Shown here: piece by piece, positions 1 through 7,365 of the stretch
How positions within the stretch are numbered: position 1 is the stretch's first letter
Layout: every line of letters starts with the position of its first letter
Assembly: GCA_050012095.1 (NCBI GenBank)
Contig: JBEKHV010000009.1
Location: forward strand, 13,134 to 77,133
From: Bryobacteraceae bacterium
GTDB lineage: Bacteria > Acidobacteriota > Terriglobia > Bryobacterales > Bryobacteraceae
DNA length: 64,000 bases
Reading direction: 5' to 3'
Notes under the pieces: model-generated
The model's input: the letters and a program-made list of their open reading frames with translations, nothing else
What the model was told of the DNA's origin: nothing
Database searches by the model: none
Position numbers and translations under genes: made by a program

Positions 1-1288
1 CGATGGGCGCGGAGTTCATGCCAGGTCTTGAAAGGCTGTCGGTTCCGGCCAGCGAAAGCGGGGACCCAGTGACGGCGGCTCGGGTGGTTGCATTGAAAGC
101 GTACAGATAGCCGTCGTTGGAAGCGACAAACACCGTGTCCGTAGCCAAATCGTAAACCGGCGCGGTCAGAATCCCGCCGCCGGCGGCTATGGGCCAGCCC
201 GAAGCGATCGCCGGAGCGGTACCGTTGACGCTGAAGAAATTAGTAATCTTGTAAAGCCATCCGCTGTTGTCGCCCACGTAACCGGTATCGGTCGTATAGT
301 CCACAAAAGGCGAGGAGTTGGTGTCGTAGCTCGAACTCGAGAGAGTAACATTGCAGATCGATGGGGCAGCCGTGCCACAAGCGCCAAAACCAGAGTACGG
401 GGCGGTTATGGTTCCAATCGCGCCGCTCCCCAGGGTGAACACCTTTAACACCGGACTAGACGGACCAGAAGTACTAGTGGGCCAACTGTGAACGTAAGCT
501 ACCTTAGCGCCATCCAGACTAAGCGCCATAGACGTCGTAACGAATTGGCCCGACAAACTCCCCGTGCCGAAAGCCCACTTGACTTGGGGCGTCGGCGCCG
601 AGCCGCTGCCACCGTTACTGCCGGAGGGGGTGCCACACAAGGGGCTGGTGCTAGTCTGCCCCACGTAAAGATTTGTGATCCCCATCAGGTTCGCCTGGGT
701 CGAAAACCAGGCCTCATTTGCGCCAAAAACGACAAAGTCGCTGGCGCAGCTCGCCGCGCCGATCGGGTTGAAAGTGTATTTGGCCGGATACATGTAGGGT
801 GCAACGGAGGCGCCGTCGTTGGTTCTCGAAGTGTTGAAATTCCAGTCTCCCTTCAGATCGCTCTCGGGCGGACTCCTCGAATCGAGCGGACGCTTCGGAA
901 TTGGCGGTCTCCGGACTAGCTCCGGCGCACTCTCCGCTTCGGCGCCTGCCGCCATGCCCGGGCTGTTCGCAACCTGCGGCAATTGCTGCTGCCACCGGGG
1001 CGCGTTCCGCCGCATCTGTTGCATCGAGTAGCGGGGATCCAGCCGGGCGTCAAGTTGGGACTGCGTATCGCCACCGTCGGTGAAAATGAGATGATTGCTG
1101 CTCCAGTCCGTGGGAAACCCAACCGGTTGAGCGGCGCCGTTGTCCTGGGCGATTAACGGGACGGTAATCCAAGCCGCCAGCAACAAGGCGGGGAGCGCTT
1201 TCCCGAATAGTCCGGCGGACCGGCCACTTTTCAGGGAAGGGGCTGCCGCATTCCTTGCAGACCCAATGGGATCGAGCCTATTGAGCAT
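1..1288 (-). CDS. Secreted beta-propeller-repeat protein, paralog 1 (3' end runs off the left window edge)
   Basis: The frame is open from the ATG at 1288 to position 1. It is absent from the ORF track because no stop lies inside the window. N-terminus MLNRLDPIGSARNAAAPSLKSGRSAGLFGKALPALLLAAWITVPLIAQDN aligns with the N-termini of 2079..4082 and 4546..6894. GGAGG lies 7 nt upstream of the ATG. Confidence 0.8.
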   Translation of the reverse strand, partial: MLNRLDPIGSARNAAAPSLKSGRSAGLFGKALPALLLAAWITVPLIAQDNGAAQPVGFPTDWSSNHLIFTDGGDTQSQLDARLDPRYSMQQMRRNAPRWQQQLPQVANSPGMAAGAEAESAPELVRRPPIPKRPLDSRSPPESDLKGDWNFNTSRTNDGASVAPYMYPAKYTFNPIGAASCASDFVVFGANEAWFSTQANLMGITNLYVGQTSTSPLCGTPSGSNGGSGSAPTPQVKWAFGTGSLSGQFVTTSMALSLDGAKVAYVHSWPTSTSGPSSPVLKVFTLGSGAIGTITAPYSGFGACGTAAPSICNVTLSSSSYDTNSSPFVDYTTDTGYVGDNSGWLYKITNFFSVNGTAPAIASGWPIAAGGGILTAPVYDLATDTVFVASNDGYLYAFNATTRAAVTGSPLSLAGTDSLSRPGMNSAPI

Positions 1289-1374
1289 TGAGCAACCTCC
1301 ACCCCGTATCTGGACTGTGGAGTCACAGATCTTCTCTAATTGTACACCTAGCCGCCACCCTTCGATCCTTGAGT

Positions 1375-1413
1375 GACATTCCCGCTTTAAGTGATAAGTA
1401 CTAGTACCAGTAC
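1375..1413 (-). promoter_or_regulatory. Conserved upstream block with GTACTN hexamer repeats and the palindrome GTACTAGTAC, ahead of propeller paralog 1
   Basis: Minus-strand sequence is GGTACTGGTACTAGTACTTATCACTTAAAGCGGGAATGT. A near-identical block lies at 4172..4204 upstream of paralog 2. Both sit about 90-125 nt 5' of the respective ATG. Confidence 0.35.
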
Positions 1414-1551
1414 CCAGACAAAGGAATTAACAGAGCAGAACAGGAGCGCCGCGCGGCCGCCCCGCCTGGCGCAAAACGCGGGAAACCATGCGCCCGATCG
1501 GTCCAGGGTTGCGTCTTAGCGGTATTTCCCGCCCTTCCCAGATAACTCTTG

Positions 1552-1845
1552 TCATCCGCCCAACAATTGCCCCGGGGAAAACGGCGGGTTCGCATGAGGC
1601 AGGGGATCGCCGCGGGTAGTCAAAACGCCATCGGCCGACCGGTCAATCCCGATCGGCCGATGAATGCACAGCCGCTCCTCTCGTCTGAACAACGCCATAT
1701 CCCCCAAGCTAATTGCCTGTGCGTCCGTTCACTCGATGCGGAGCAGGTCGCCCGGCCAAAGGGTAGGGAGCATACTGGCGCCCATCGCGCACAGAGACAC
1801 AGAACCATGATCGCGGAGGACTTCCAGCGCAAGCTCTCGTTCCAC
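1552..1845 (-). pseudogene. SipW/ER-type (S26) signal-peptidase-like ORF interrupted by an in-frame TGA at 1729-1731
   Basis: Translation from the GTG at 1845 is VERELALEVLRDHGSVSLCAMGASMLPTLWPGDLLRIE*TDAQAISLGDMALFRREERLCIHRPIGIDRSADGVLTTRGDPLPHANPPFSPGQLLGG. It contains the SM-PTL, GD, HR and (T)RGD boxes in the order seen in Ser/His-type signal peptidases. No TM segment is present. Confidence 0.55.
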
Positions 1846-1880
1846 CCGGGCGCGGGCGGACGAGCCGTCATCCCCCTCCC

Positions 1881-2045
1881 TTAGGAGCGCTTGGTATTGG
1901 TTTGGCATTGTTGCTGCGTCGCGGAAATCTTGCCGCACGCCAGCGCCATGGTCTCGAAGGCGCGCCCGCACTTGAGCGCCGGCTTGTGGTAGGCTCTTTT
2001 CCCGATGGGGGCCGGAACGCGCTTCGGCGTGTCATCATTCTTCGT
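1881..2045 (-). pseudogene. Second copy of the 54-codon Cys-peptide ORF, with the start codon changed to ACG
   Basis: It matches 4348..4512 codon for codon: TKNDDTPKRVPAPIGKRAYHKPALKCGRAFETMALACGKISATQQQCQTNTKRS*. The C-terminal 34 codons encode the identical peptide. ATG->ACG at 2043-2045 leaves no canonical start after the upstream in-frame TGA. Confidence 0.45.
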
Positions 2046-2078
2046 AGGAAACTCCTTTCACGGAAAAAGCTCAGGCGC

Positions 2079-4082
2079 TTAGTGTAGTCCGCTTTGCGTC
2101 AGCTTGTAGGCGCAGATGACAGCGCTAGCGCTGCCGATCCCGGTGTTGGCGGGATTGGCTGTGCCGCTAGTGGTGCAGTTCGCGCTCGTGGCGTCCCTCG
2201 AGGCGAAATAAAGGCTTGACGCATTAGAGATGGAAGTGTCGGCGCCGTCCACAATGATTCCAGCGGAGGAGCCAACGTTGTCACTCGCGCTCAAAGTCAG
2301 TGCGCCATGTAGGGTCTCGCCAGTTAGGTTATAGCTGACGACCCTTGCCGGTGGGGGCTCATTCGGAAGGCTAAAGAATAACCAGTCGGTCGCGGCGCCG
2401 CTGGTATTATAGAACTCCGTTAGCGGCGAGCATAGTGTGTTGCCCGCGCCGTTAGTTGAAGCGGCGACATTGGAAACTGTATACCCGGAGGATAGCAGCT
2501 TCATATTGGAGTCAAAGTTAAACTGTTGCAAGCTGACACCCCACGGGCTTGACGTTGAATTGGTTCCGCAGGCGTACAAGAAGGAAGTGTTCGTGTCAAA
2601 GCCGCTGAAATAACTTTGACTAAAGGCGCCGTCGCTGATGGGCCACATGCCGGCTGAAGTAGTCGCAAATGTCGCAAGGTTCGTCCCGGCAACGGCGGTA
2701 GAAGTAGACCCTGGCGTCCCCGCAGTGGCCGACGTCTTGAATTCGACGGCCCCAGCGCTGTGATCATAATAGACTACCTGGGCCACTTGGGCGGCAGTGC
2801 TACCGGCATTGGTGCCGTAGAACGCATAGAGAACGTGGTTGGTGGAGTCCACAACGGGCGCGGCCTCGATGCCATCGGATGCGGCGTGAGTGGTGTCGCT
2901 AGCGGCCAGCGAAAGCGGGGAATTGGTGATGGCGCCCCCGGTGGCGCCAGTGAAACCATACAGGTTACCGTTGCTGGAACCGACAAACACCGTGTCCGTA
3001 GCCCCGTCGTAAACCGGCGGCGACAGCGACGCCGTGCCGGCAGTTATTGTCCGGGTGATCGCCGGAGCGGTAGTGCTGCTGAACACATTGCTAATCTGGT
3101 ACAGGCTTCCAGCGTCGTCGCCCACGTATCCGTTACCAGTCGCATAGTCCACATAAATCGCGGAATAGGTGTTGGTGTGGTTGGCCGTTATCGAAAGGTT
3201 AAGGCAAAAAAGCGTGGCGGGCACGCTGGAACTGCAAGTAGCGGCCGTCGGGGCGGTCACTGTGCCGGTCTTGGCCCCTAGCGTAAGCACCTGCAACTGG
3301 AGTGGAGCGGATGAACCCACGGCGGTCGGAGTCAGGACGTAAGCCACCTTCTTGCCATCCGCACTGAGCACCACCGAGGTCCGGATCTGGCCGGTAGTCG
3401 AACCGGATTGGGTCACATTATAAGCCCACTCAACTTCGGGCGTCGGGGCCGTGCCGCTGCCGCCGTTACTGGCGATGGTGGAACACCCGCCGCTGCTCCC
3501 CACGTAAAGATTATTGACCCCCATCAGGTTCGCCTGGCCGGTGGCGCCTGGCACGTTGAGTCCAAAAATAACATAGTCCTTGGCGCAATCGGCCACGGCG
3601 ATCGGGTTAAAGGTGTATTTGGCCGGATACACGTAGCGCAGAACGTAGGTAGTGGTCTGCTGCGAAAAATTCCAATCTCGCGCCAGAGTCGGAGTACTCG
3701 GAGCCGGAGTACTCTGGCGCGGAGGCGCTGGTAGTGGTCTCCGGCCTATCCCCCACGGATCCGACGCCAGTTGCTCCCGCCACCGGGGCAGGTTCCCCCG
3801 CATCCATTGCATCCCATAGCGGGGGTCCCGCTGCGACTCGGTTTGGGATTGCACGGAACGGCTGGCGGTGAAAATGAGATGGTTGCTGCTCCAGTCCGTG
3901 GGAAACCCAACCGGCTGAGCGCCATTGTCCTGGGCGATTAACGGGACGGCAATCCAAGCCGCCAGCAGCGCCACCAGCACGCCGTAGAGCGCGTTCCAGA
4001 TTGGTCCGGCGGACCGGCCGCCTTCCAGGGAATGGGCTGCTGCGTTCTTTGCAGACCCCATGTAATCTCCTCTATCGAGCAT
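2079..4082 (-). CDS. Secreted beta-propeller-repeat protein, paralog 2
   Basis: This is the track ORF 2079..4187. The likely start is the ATG at 4082 (MLDRGDYMGSAKNAAAHSLEGG...) with GGAGG 9 nt upstream. It has a signal-anchor LVALLAAWIAVPLIAQDNG and blade-like motifs YVGDDAGSLYQISNVF and VFVGSSNGNLYGF. The protein is Ser/Thr/Asn/Gly-rich. Confidence 0.85.
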   Translation of the reverse strand: MLDRGDYMGSAKNAAAHSLEGGRSAGPIWNALYGVLVALLAAWIAVPLIAQDNGAQPVGFPTDWSSNHLIFTASRSVQSQTESQRDPRYGMQWMRGNLPRWREQLASDPWGIGRRPLPAPPRQSTPAPSTPTLARDWNFSQQTTTYVLRYVYPAKYTFNPIAVADCAKDYVIFGLNVPGATGQANLMGVNNLYVGSSGGCSTIASNGGSGTAPTPEVEWAYNVTQSGSTTGQIRTSVVLSADGKKVAYVLTPTAVGSSAPLQLQVLTLGAKTGTVTAPTAATCSSSVPATLFCLNLSITANHTNTYSAIYVDYATGNGYVGDDAGSLYQISNVFSSTTAPAITRTITAGTASLSPPVYDGATDTVFVGSSNGNLYGFTGATGGAITNSPLSLAASDTTHAASDGIEAAPVVDSTNHVLYAFYGTNAGSTAAQVAQVVYYDHSAGAVEFKTSATAGTPGSTSTAVAGTNLATFATTSAGMWPISDGAFSQSYFSGFDTNTSFLYACGTNSTSSPWGVSLQQFNFDSNMKLLSSGYTVSNVAASTNGAGNTLCSPLTEFYNTSGAATDWLFFSLPNEPPPARVVSYNLTGETLHGALTLSASDNVGSSAGIIVDGADTSISNASSLYFASRDATSANCTTSGTANPANTGIGSASAVICAYKLTQSGLH

Positions 4083-4171
4083 TGAGGGACACCTCCACCC
4101 GGTATCCGGGCTTTGGATGCACGAGTCCTCTCCAGTGTACACCCAGTCCCACCCCCTCCGATCCTTGGGAT

Positions 4172-4204
4172 TGCATTCCCGCTTCAAGTGATAAGTACTA
4201 GTAC
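4172..4204 (-). promoter_or_regulatory. Conserved upstream block with the palindrome GTACTAGTAC, ahead of propeller paralog 2
   Basis: Minus-strand sequence is GGTACTAGTACTTATCACTTGAAGCGGGAATGC. It is nearly identical to the block at 1375..1407. Confidence 0.35.
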
Positions 4205-4311
4205 CGGCTCTTAGGCAAAGGAATCAGCAGAACACAGCCCGGCCGGCCCATCGCGCACAGAGATACAGAACGGTGATCGCGGAGGATTTCCAGCGCAAGC
4301 TCTCGTTCCAC
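4198..4311 (-). pseudogene. Deleted remnant of the signal-peptidase-like ORF (copy 2)
   Basis: VERELALEILRDHRSVSLCAMG matches copy 1 up to CAMG. The sequence then jumps straight into the conserved upstream block. Roughly 330 bp present in copy 1, including the catalytic SM-PTL box, is missing. Confidence 0.55.
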
Positions 4312-4347
4312 CCGGGCGCGGGCGCAGGAGCCGTCAGCCCCCTCCCA

Positions 4348-4512
4348 TCAGGAGCGCTTGGTGTTGGTTTGGCATTGTTGCTGCGTCGCGGAAATCTTGC
4401 CGCACGCCAGCGCCATGGTCTCGAAGGCGCGCCCGCACTTGAGCGCCGGCTTCTGGTAGGCTCTTTTCCCGATGGGGGCCGGAACGCGCTTCAGCGTGTC
4501 ATCATCCTTCAT
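4348..4512 (-). CDS. 54-aa Cys-containing small peptide (RiPP-precursor-like leader/core layout)
   Basis: Translation is ATG ... TGA: MKDDDTLKRVPAPIGKRAYQKPALKCGRAFETMALACGKISATQQQCQTNTKRS. GAAGGAG lies 7 nt upstream of the ATG. Third-codon positions are strongly G/C. The ORF starts 33 nt after the stop of paralog 3, and a second copy occupies the same relative position after paralog 2. Confidence 0.6.
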   Translation of the reverse strand: MKDDDTLKRVPAPIGKRAYQKPALKCGRAFETMALACGKISATQQQCQTNTKRS

Positions 4513-4545
4513 AGAAAAGCTCCTTCACGGAAAAAGCTCCGGGCC

Positions 4546-6894
4546 TTACTGCACCCCTCCCTGCGTGCGCTGCACCGCGCAGCCGCCCGCACTGCCGCCC
4601 GTACAACTGGCGACGCCAAGGGTGGAAAAGTACAAACTCGAGGCGTGGCCCAGCGCGCTCACGTTATCCACCACGATGCCGCTCGTCCCGCCAGACTCAG
4701 CGCCAGTGGCCTGGGGTATCGTGGGTAATCCGCTGGTGATATCAAACGATTCGACGCACCCGCCGCTATCTCCGCCGAACGCACAATTGCCTTGCACGCC
4801 GACGAACAGCCAATCCTTACTGGTGTTGTATATCTCGGCGAGCGGGGAGCACTCCCTCGGGGCGAGGTTGGTTCCGGCGGTGGTTCCAACCGCCAATGAA
4901 CTTCCAGGGGTGCCGGAGGGCATGACACCCGCGGAAAAGGGTATCCGGTAGAGGGTGGGGATGGCCGTCGCGCCAACGCCGCAGACATACAAGTTCCCGG
5001 TGCCCCCCCCGGTGTAATACGTGTTGTCGAAGGCGCCGATACGGGTTTGTTGAAAGGAAGCGTTTGCACTCCCCAAGGTGGCGGTGACGGCGCCCGTGAG
5101 CGTCGTAGAGACCTGAACCACTACCGGCGCTTGCGTGGTGGGGGCCCGGCCGAAGAACATGATCTTTGCTTTGCTCGAATCCATGATGGGCGGATCATCC
5201 ATGCCTTCAGAAACGCTGTCAAAGTACCCGGTGACGCGTCCTCCGAAACAGGGCGCCGTGCAGGCGCCGGCAGTGCTGCCAGTGTCGCGCCAGTAGTCCA
5301 TCCCGCCCGCTCTGTCGCCCGTGTAGATATTCTTCGTCGCATAATCGAATATCGGGCTATTAAGCGAAGCCGCCGTGCCGATCGAAATTCCCGAGGCCCA
5401 GGCGCCCGTCGCCTTGGCTGGGGTCCCAGTGAAAACGTTGATAATCTTCCACAGCGTGCCGGCAGCGTCTCCCACGTACAGACTGTCCGTTGAGTAGTCA
5501 TAATACGGCGCCGAACTGCCATTCGCGGCGGTGGTGTAGGTCAGCTTGAAATCGCAGGAGTCTGTGGTGGGATTGGTGCATGTCCCCGAAGTGATCACGT
5601 GATCCGGCACAACCGGCGCGGCTACGGTTCCCTGCGTCGCAGGATGTCCCGAACCGTCCCTTTTAGGGTGCAGGACGTGAAGAACGGAACCGCCACTGAT
5701 ACTCTCAACGTAAGCTACCTTCGTGCCGTCAAGAGAAACGACCGGCGACAAATAGACGTTGCCGCCCGTTCCGGTATGGGTGTCGTAGGCCCAAACCACG
5801 GTCGGACCGCCGGAGCCGCAGGTCCCGGCATCGCTGCCGCCCGCGAGAGAGGAGCCACCCCAGGCGAAGCCCGTGAGAGTTCCCCCCACGGTAATGGCGT
5901 TTCCGGCGCTGCCAGCCGTGGAAGCAGTGACCGTCACAAGGTTAGCGGACGAAGTCGCGGTCGCGCCAAGCAATGCCGGGGAGCCGTGGCAGGAGTTGAT
6001 CGCCGCCGCGAGGTTGGTTGCCGCCGTCGTGGTGCTGGTGGCGTCCACAAAGGTGCCCGCGGTTGAGCTGGTGCAAGCGTTGCTGCCGCTGCCTACAGGC
6101 GTCAGGGTAAGAGTGTTCGAGCCATTCTTGATCGTAACGGTGCCCGTCGTGGAGTTCGAAGAGAACGTCCCGATGACAGTGGCAGTGGTAGTCGGACCGG
6201 AATAGAGCTGATTGATGCCCACGACGCTCGGCTGCGTACTGGACGCGGCCACAGCCAAGGGAAACAGGACGAAGTCGTCGGTGCAGCTTGGGGCGGCGTT
6301 GATGTCCAAGGTGAACTTGGCAGGAAACGAGGCTAGAGAAATGGCGGCCGCCGCGCTCCCTCCCAGCGAAACGCTCCAGTCACCGTCAGGCCTGCCGATT
6401 GCTTGAATACGCCCGCGCGAGGGCATCCGCGGGGGCATCCAGGGTCCGGGTTCCAAAGCCGTGACATGTGCCGCGCCGCCTGCCTCCGCGTCTGCCTCGC
6501 CGGTTGCCTCCGGCGTCACTGCGTTGCCATCCGGCGCGGCCAAATATTTTTCCAAACCGGCGTTGCTAAGGGAGCGGGGGGGTAAATTGCGCTTGAAGAA
6601 TTGCTGCCAGAAACGGGGGTCTTTCTGGATATCTGCGGCGTTCTGAAAGGAATTGGGTCCAGAAAAGACGAGGTGCGCGTGGGTCCAATCCTGCGGCAGG
6701 CTGATCTTGGGCGGCGCGTTGTTGCCAACCGTCTGAGCGGCGCCGTTGTCCTGGGCGATTAACGGGACGGCAATCCAAGCCGCCAGCAGCAAGGCGTGGA
6801 GCGCTTTCCGGACTGGTCCTGCCGACTGGCCGCCTTTCAGGGAATGGGCTGCTGCGTTCTTTGCAGACCCAATGTAATCTCCTCTATTGAGCAT
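4546..6894 (-). CDS. Secreted beta-propeller-repeat protein, paralog 3
   Basis: This is the track ORF 4546..7095. The likely start is the ATG at 6894 (MLNRGDYIGSAKNAAAHSLKGG...) with GGAGGG 7 nt upstream. It shares AAWIAVPLIAQDNG, DWTHAHLVFSGP and blade motifs LYVGDAAGTLWKIINVF and IYTGDRAGG. Confidence 0.85.
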   Translation of the reverse strand: MLNRGDYIGSAKNAAAHSLKGGQSAGPVRKALHALLLAAWIAVPLIAQDNGAAQTVGNNAPPKISLPQDWTHAHLVFSGPNSFQNAADIQKDPRFWQQFFKRNLPPRSLSNAGLEKYLAAPDGNAVTPEATGEADAEAGGAAHVTALEPGPWMPPRMPSRGRIQAIGRPDGDWSVSLGGSAAAAISLASFPAKFTLDINAAPSCTDDFVLFPLAVAASSTQPSVVGINQLYSGPTTTATVIGTFSSNSTTGTVTIKNGSNTLTLTPVGSGSNACTSSTAGTFVDATSTTTAATNLAAAINSCHGSPALLGATATSSANLVTVTASTAGSAGNAITVGGTLTGFAWGGSSLAGGSDAGTCGSGGPTVVWAYDTHTGTGGNVYLSPVVSLDGTKVAYVESISGGSVLHVLHPKRDGSGHPATQGTVAAPVVPDHVITSGTCTNPTTDSCDFKLTYTTAANGSSAPYYDYSTDSLYVGDAAGTLWKIINVFTGTPAKATGAWASGISIGTAASLNSPIFDYATKNIYTGDRAGGMDYWRDTGSTAGACTAPCFGGRVTGYFDSVSEGMDDPPIMDSSKAKIMFFGRAPTTQAPVVVQVSTTLTGAVTATLGSANASFQQTRIGAFDNTYYTGGGTGNLYVCGVGATAIPTLYRIPFSAGVMPSGTPGSSLAVGTTAGTNLAPRECSPLAEIYNTSKDWLFVGVQGNCAFGGDSGGCVESFDITSGLPTIPQATGAESGGTSGIVVDNVSALGHASSLYFSTLGVASCTGGSAGGCAVQRTQGGVQ

Positions 6895-7365
6895 TGAGGA
6901 ACCCTCCACTTCGCATTTCCGTTTGGGGCTTCCCAGGAGCCTTCCACATCGGCGCAACGATGGTGTCCTCCGTACCCCCCCGAGCGACGTATTCGCCCTT
7001 CTTCCGAAATCGTTCCCCCGTCTCTCGCCGCCGCGCCATCTCCGCGTCTCCCGGTCGACCCACTTCCCAGCCCCGCTCGATCCGCAGTTCGGCACACGTC
7101 TCCTTCATTTGTTGCGATTAGTATACGCTCCTGAACGTCGATATACCAGGGCCAAAATGGGCCAAACGTTCTAGTACTTCAGCGACTTCCCACCCATTCT
7201 AGCATTATCCCCTAAACCAAGATCTCGCCGGTTCACGAGGGGCTCCACCCGCTCCCCTTCGGCGCCCCGAAACCCCAGCGTTTTCTCCTCGCCGTTGGCT
7301 CGTTCCGCCCGGATTCTGCAAGGCGGTTCGGCAGGAGGCCGGCAATCTGCCCCTTTAGATCCCCC

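Noticed and set aside
1729-1731. In-frame TGA of the peptidase-like ORF read as selenocysteine
   Set aside because: I could not find a SECIS-like hairpin immediately 3' of the TGA. The position (after LLRIE) is not a catalytic site in S26 enzymes, and the sister copy is clearly deleted. A pseudogene is the simpler reading. This remains unverified.
2079-2130. PEP-CTERM, LPXTG or T9SS-type sorting signal at the propeller C-termini
   Set aside because: The tails are short, polar and lack a terminal TM helix with a basic cluster, a PEP or LPXTG motif, or a ~80-aa beta-sandwich CTD. No exosortase or sortase gene is present in the window.
4083-4187. N-terminal extensions of the track ORFs (4187, 7095, 8604, 11234, 13573, 18440, 37395, 38249, 39644, 53581, 60490)
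   Set aside because: Internal ATG or GTG codons have better Shine-Dalgarno sequences. They match the paralog or family N-termini and remove large overlaps with upstream genes. The extensions are basic, low-complexity read-through of intergenic DNA or upstream genes.
4348-4512. Interpreting the 54-aa peptide as a lasso-peptide precursor
   Set aside because: The putative core ALACGKISATQQQC... has no Asp or Glu at positions 7-9 for macrolactam formation. No lasso cyclase (Asn-synthetase-like), B1/B2 protease or PqqD-like ORF is visible nearby. Only the leader-like motif is retained as an observation.
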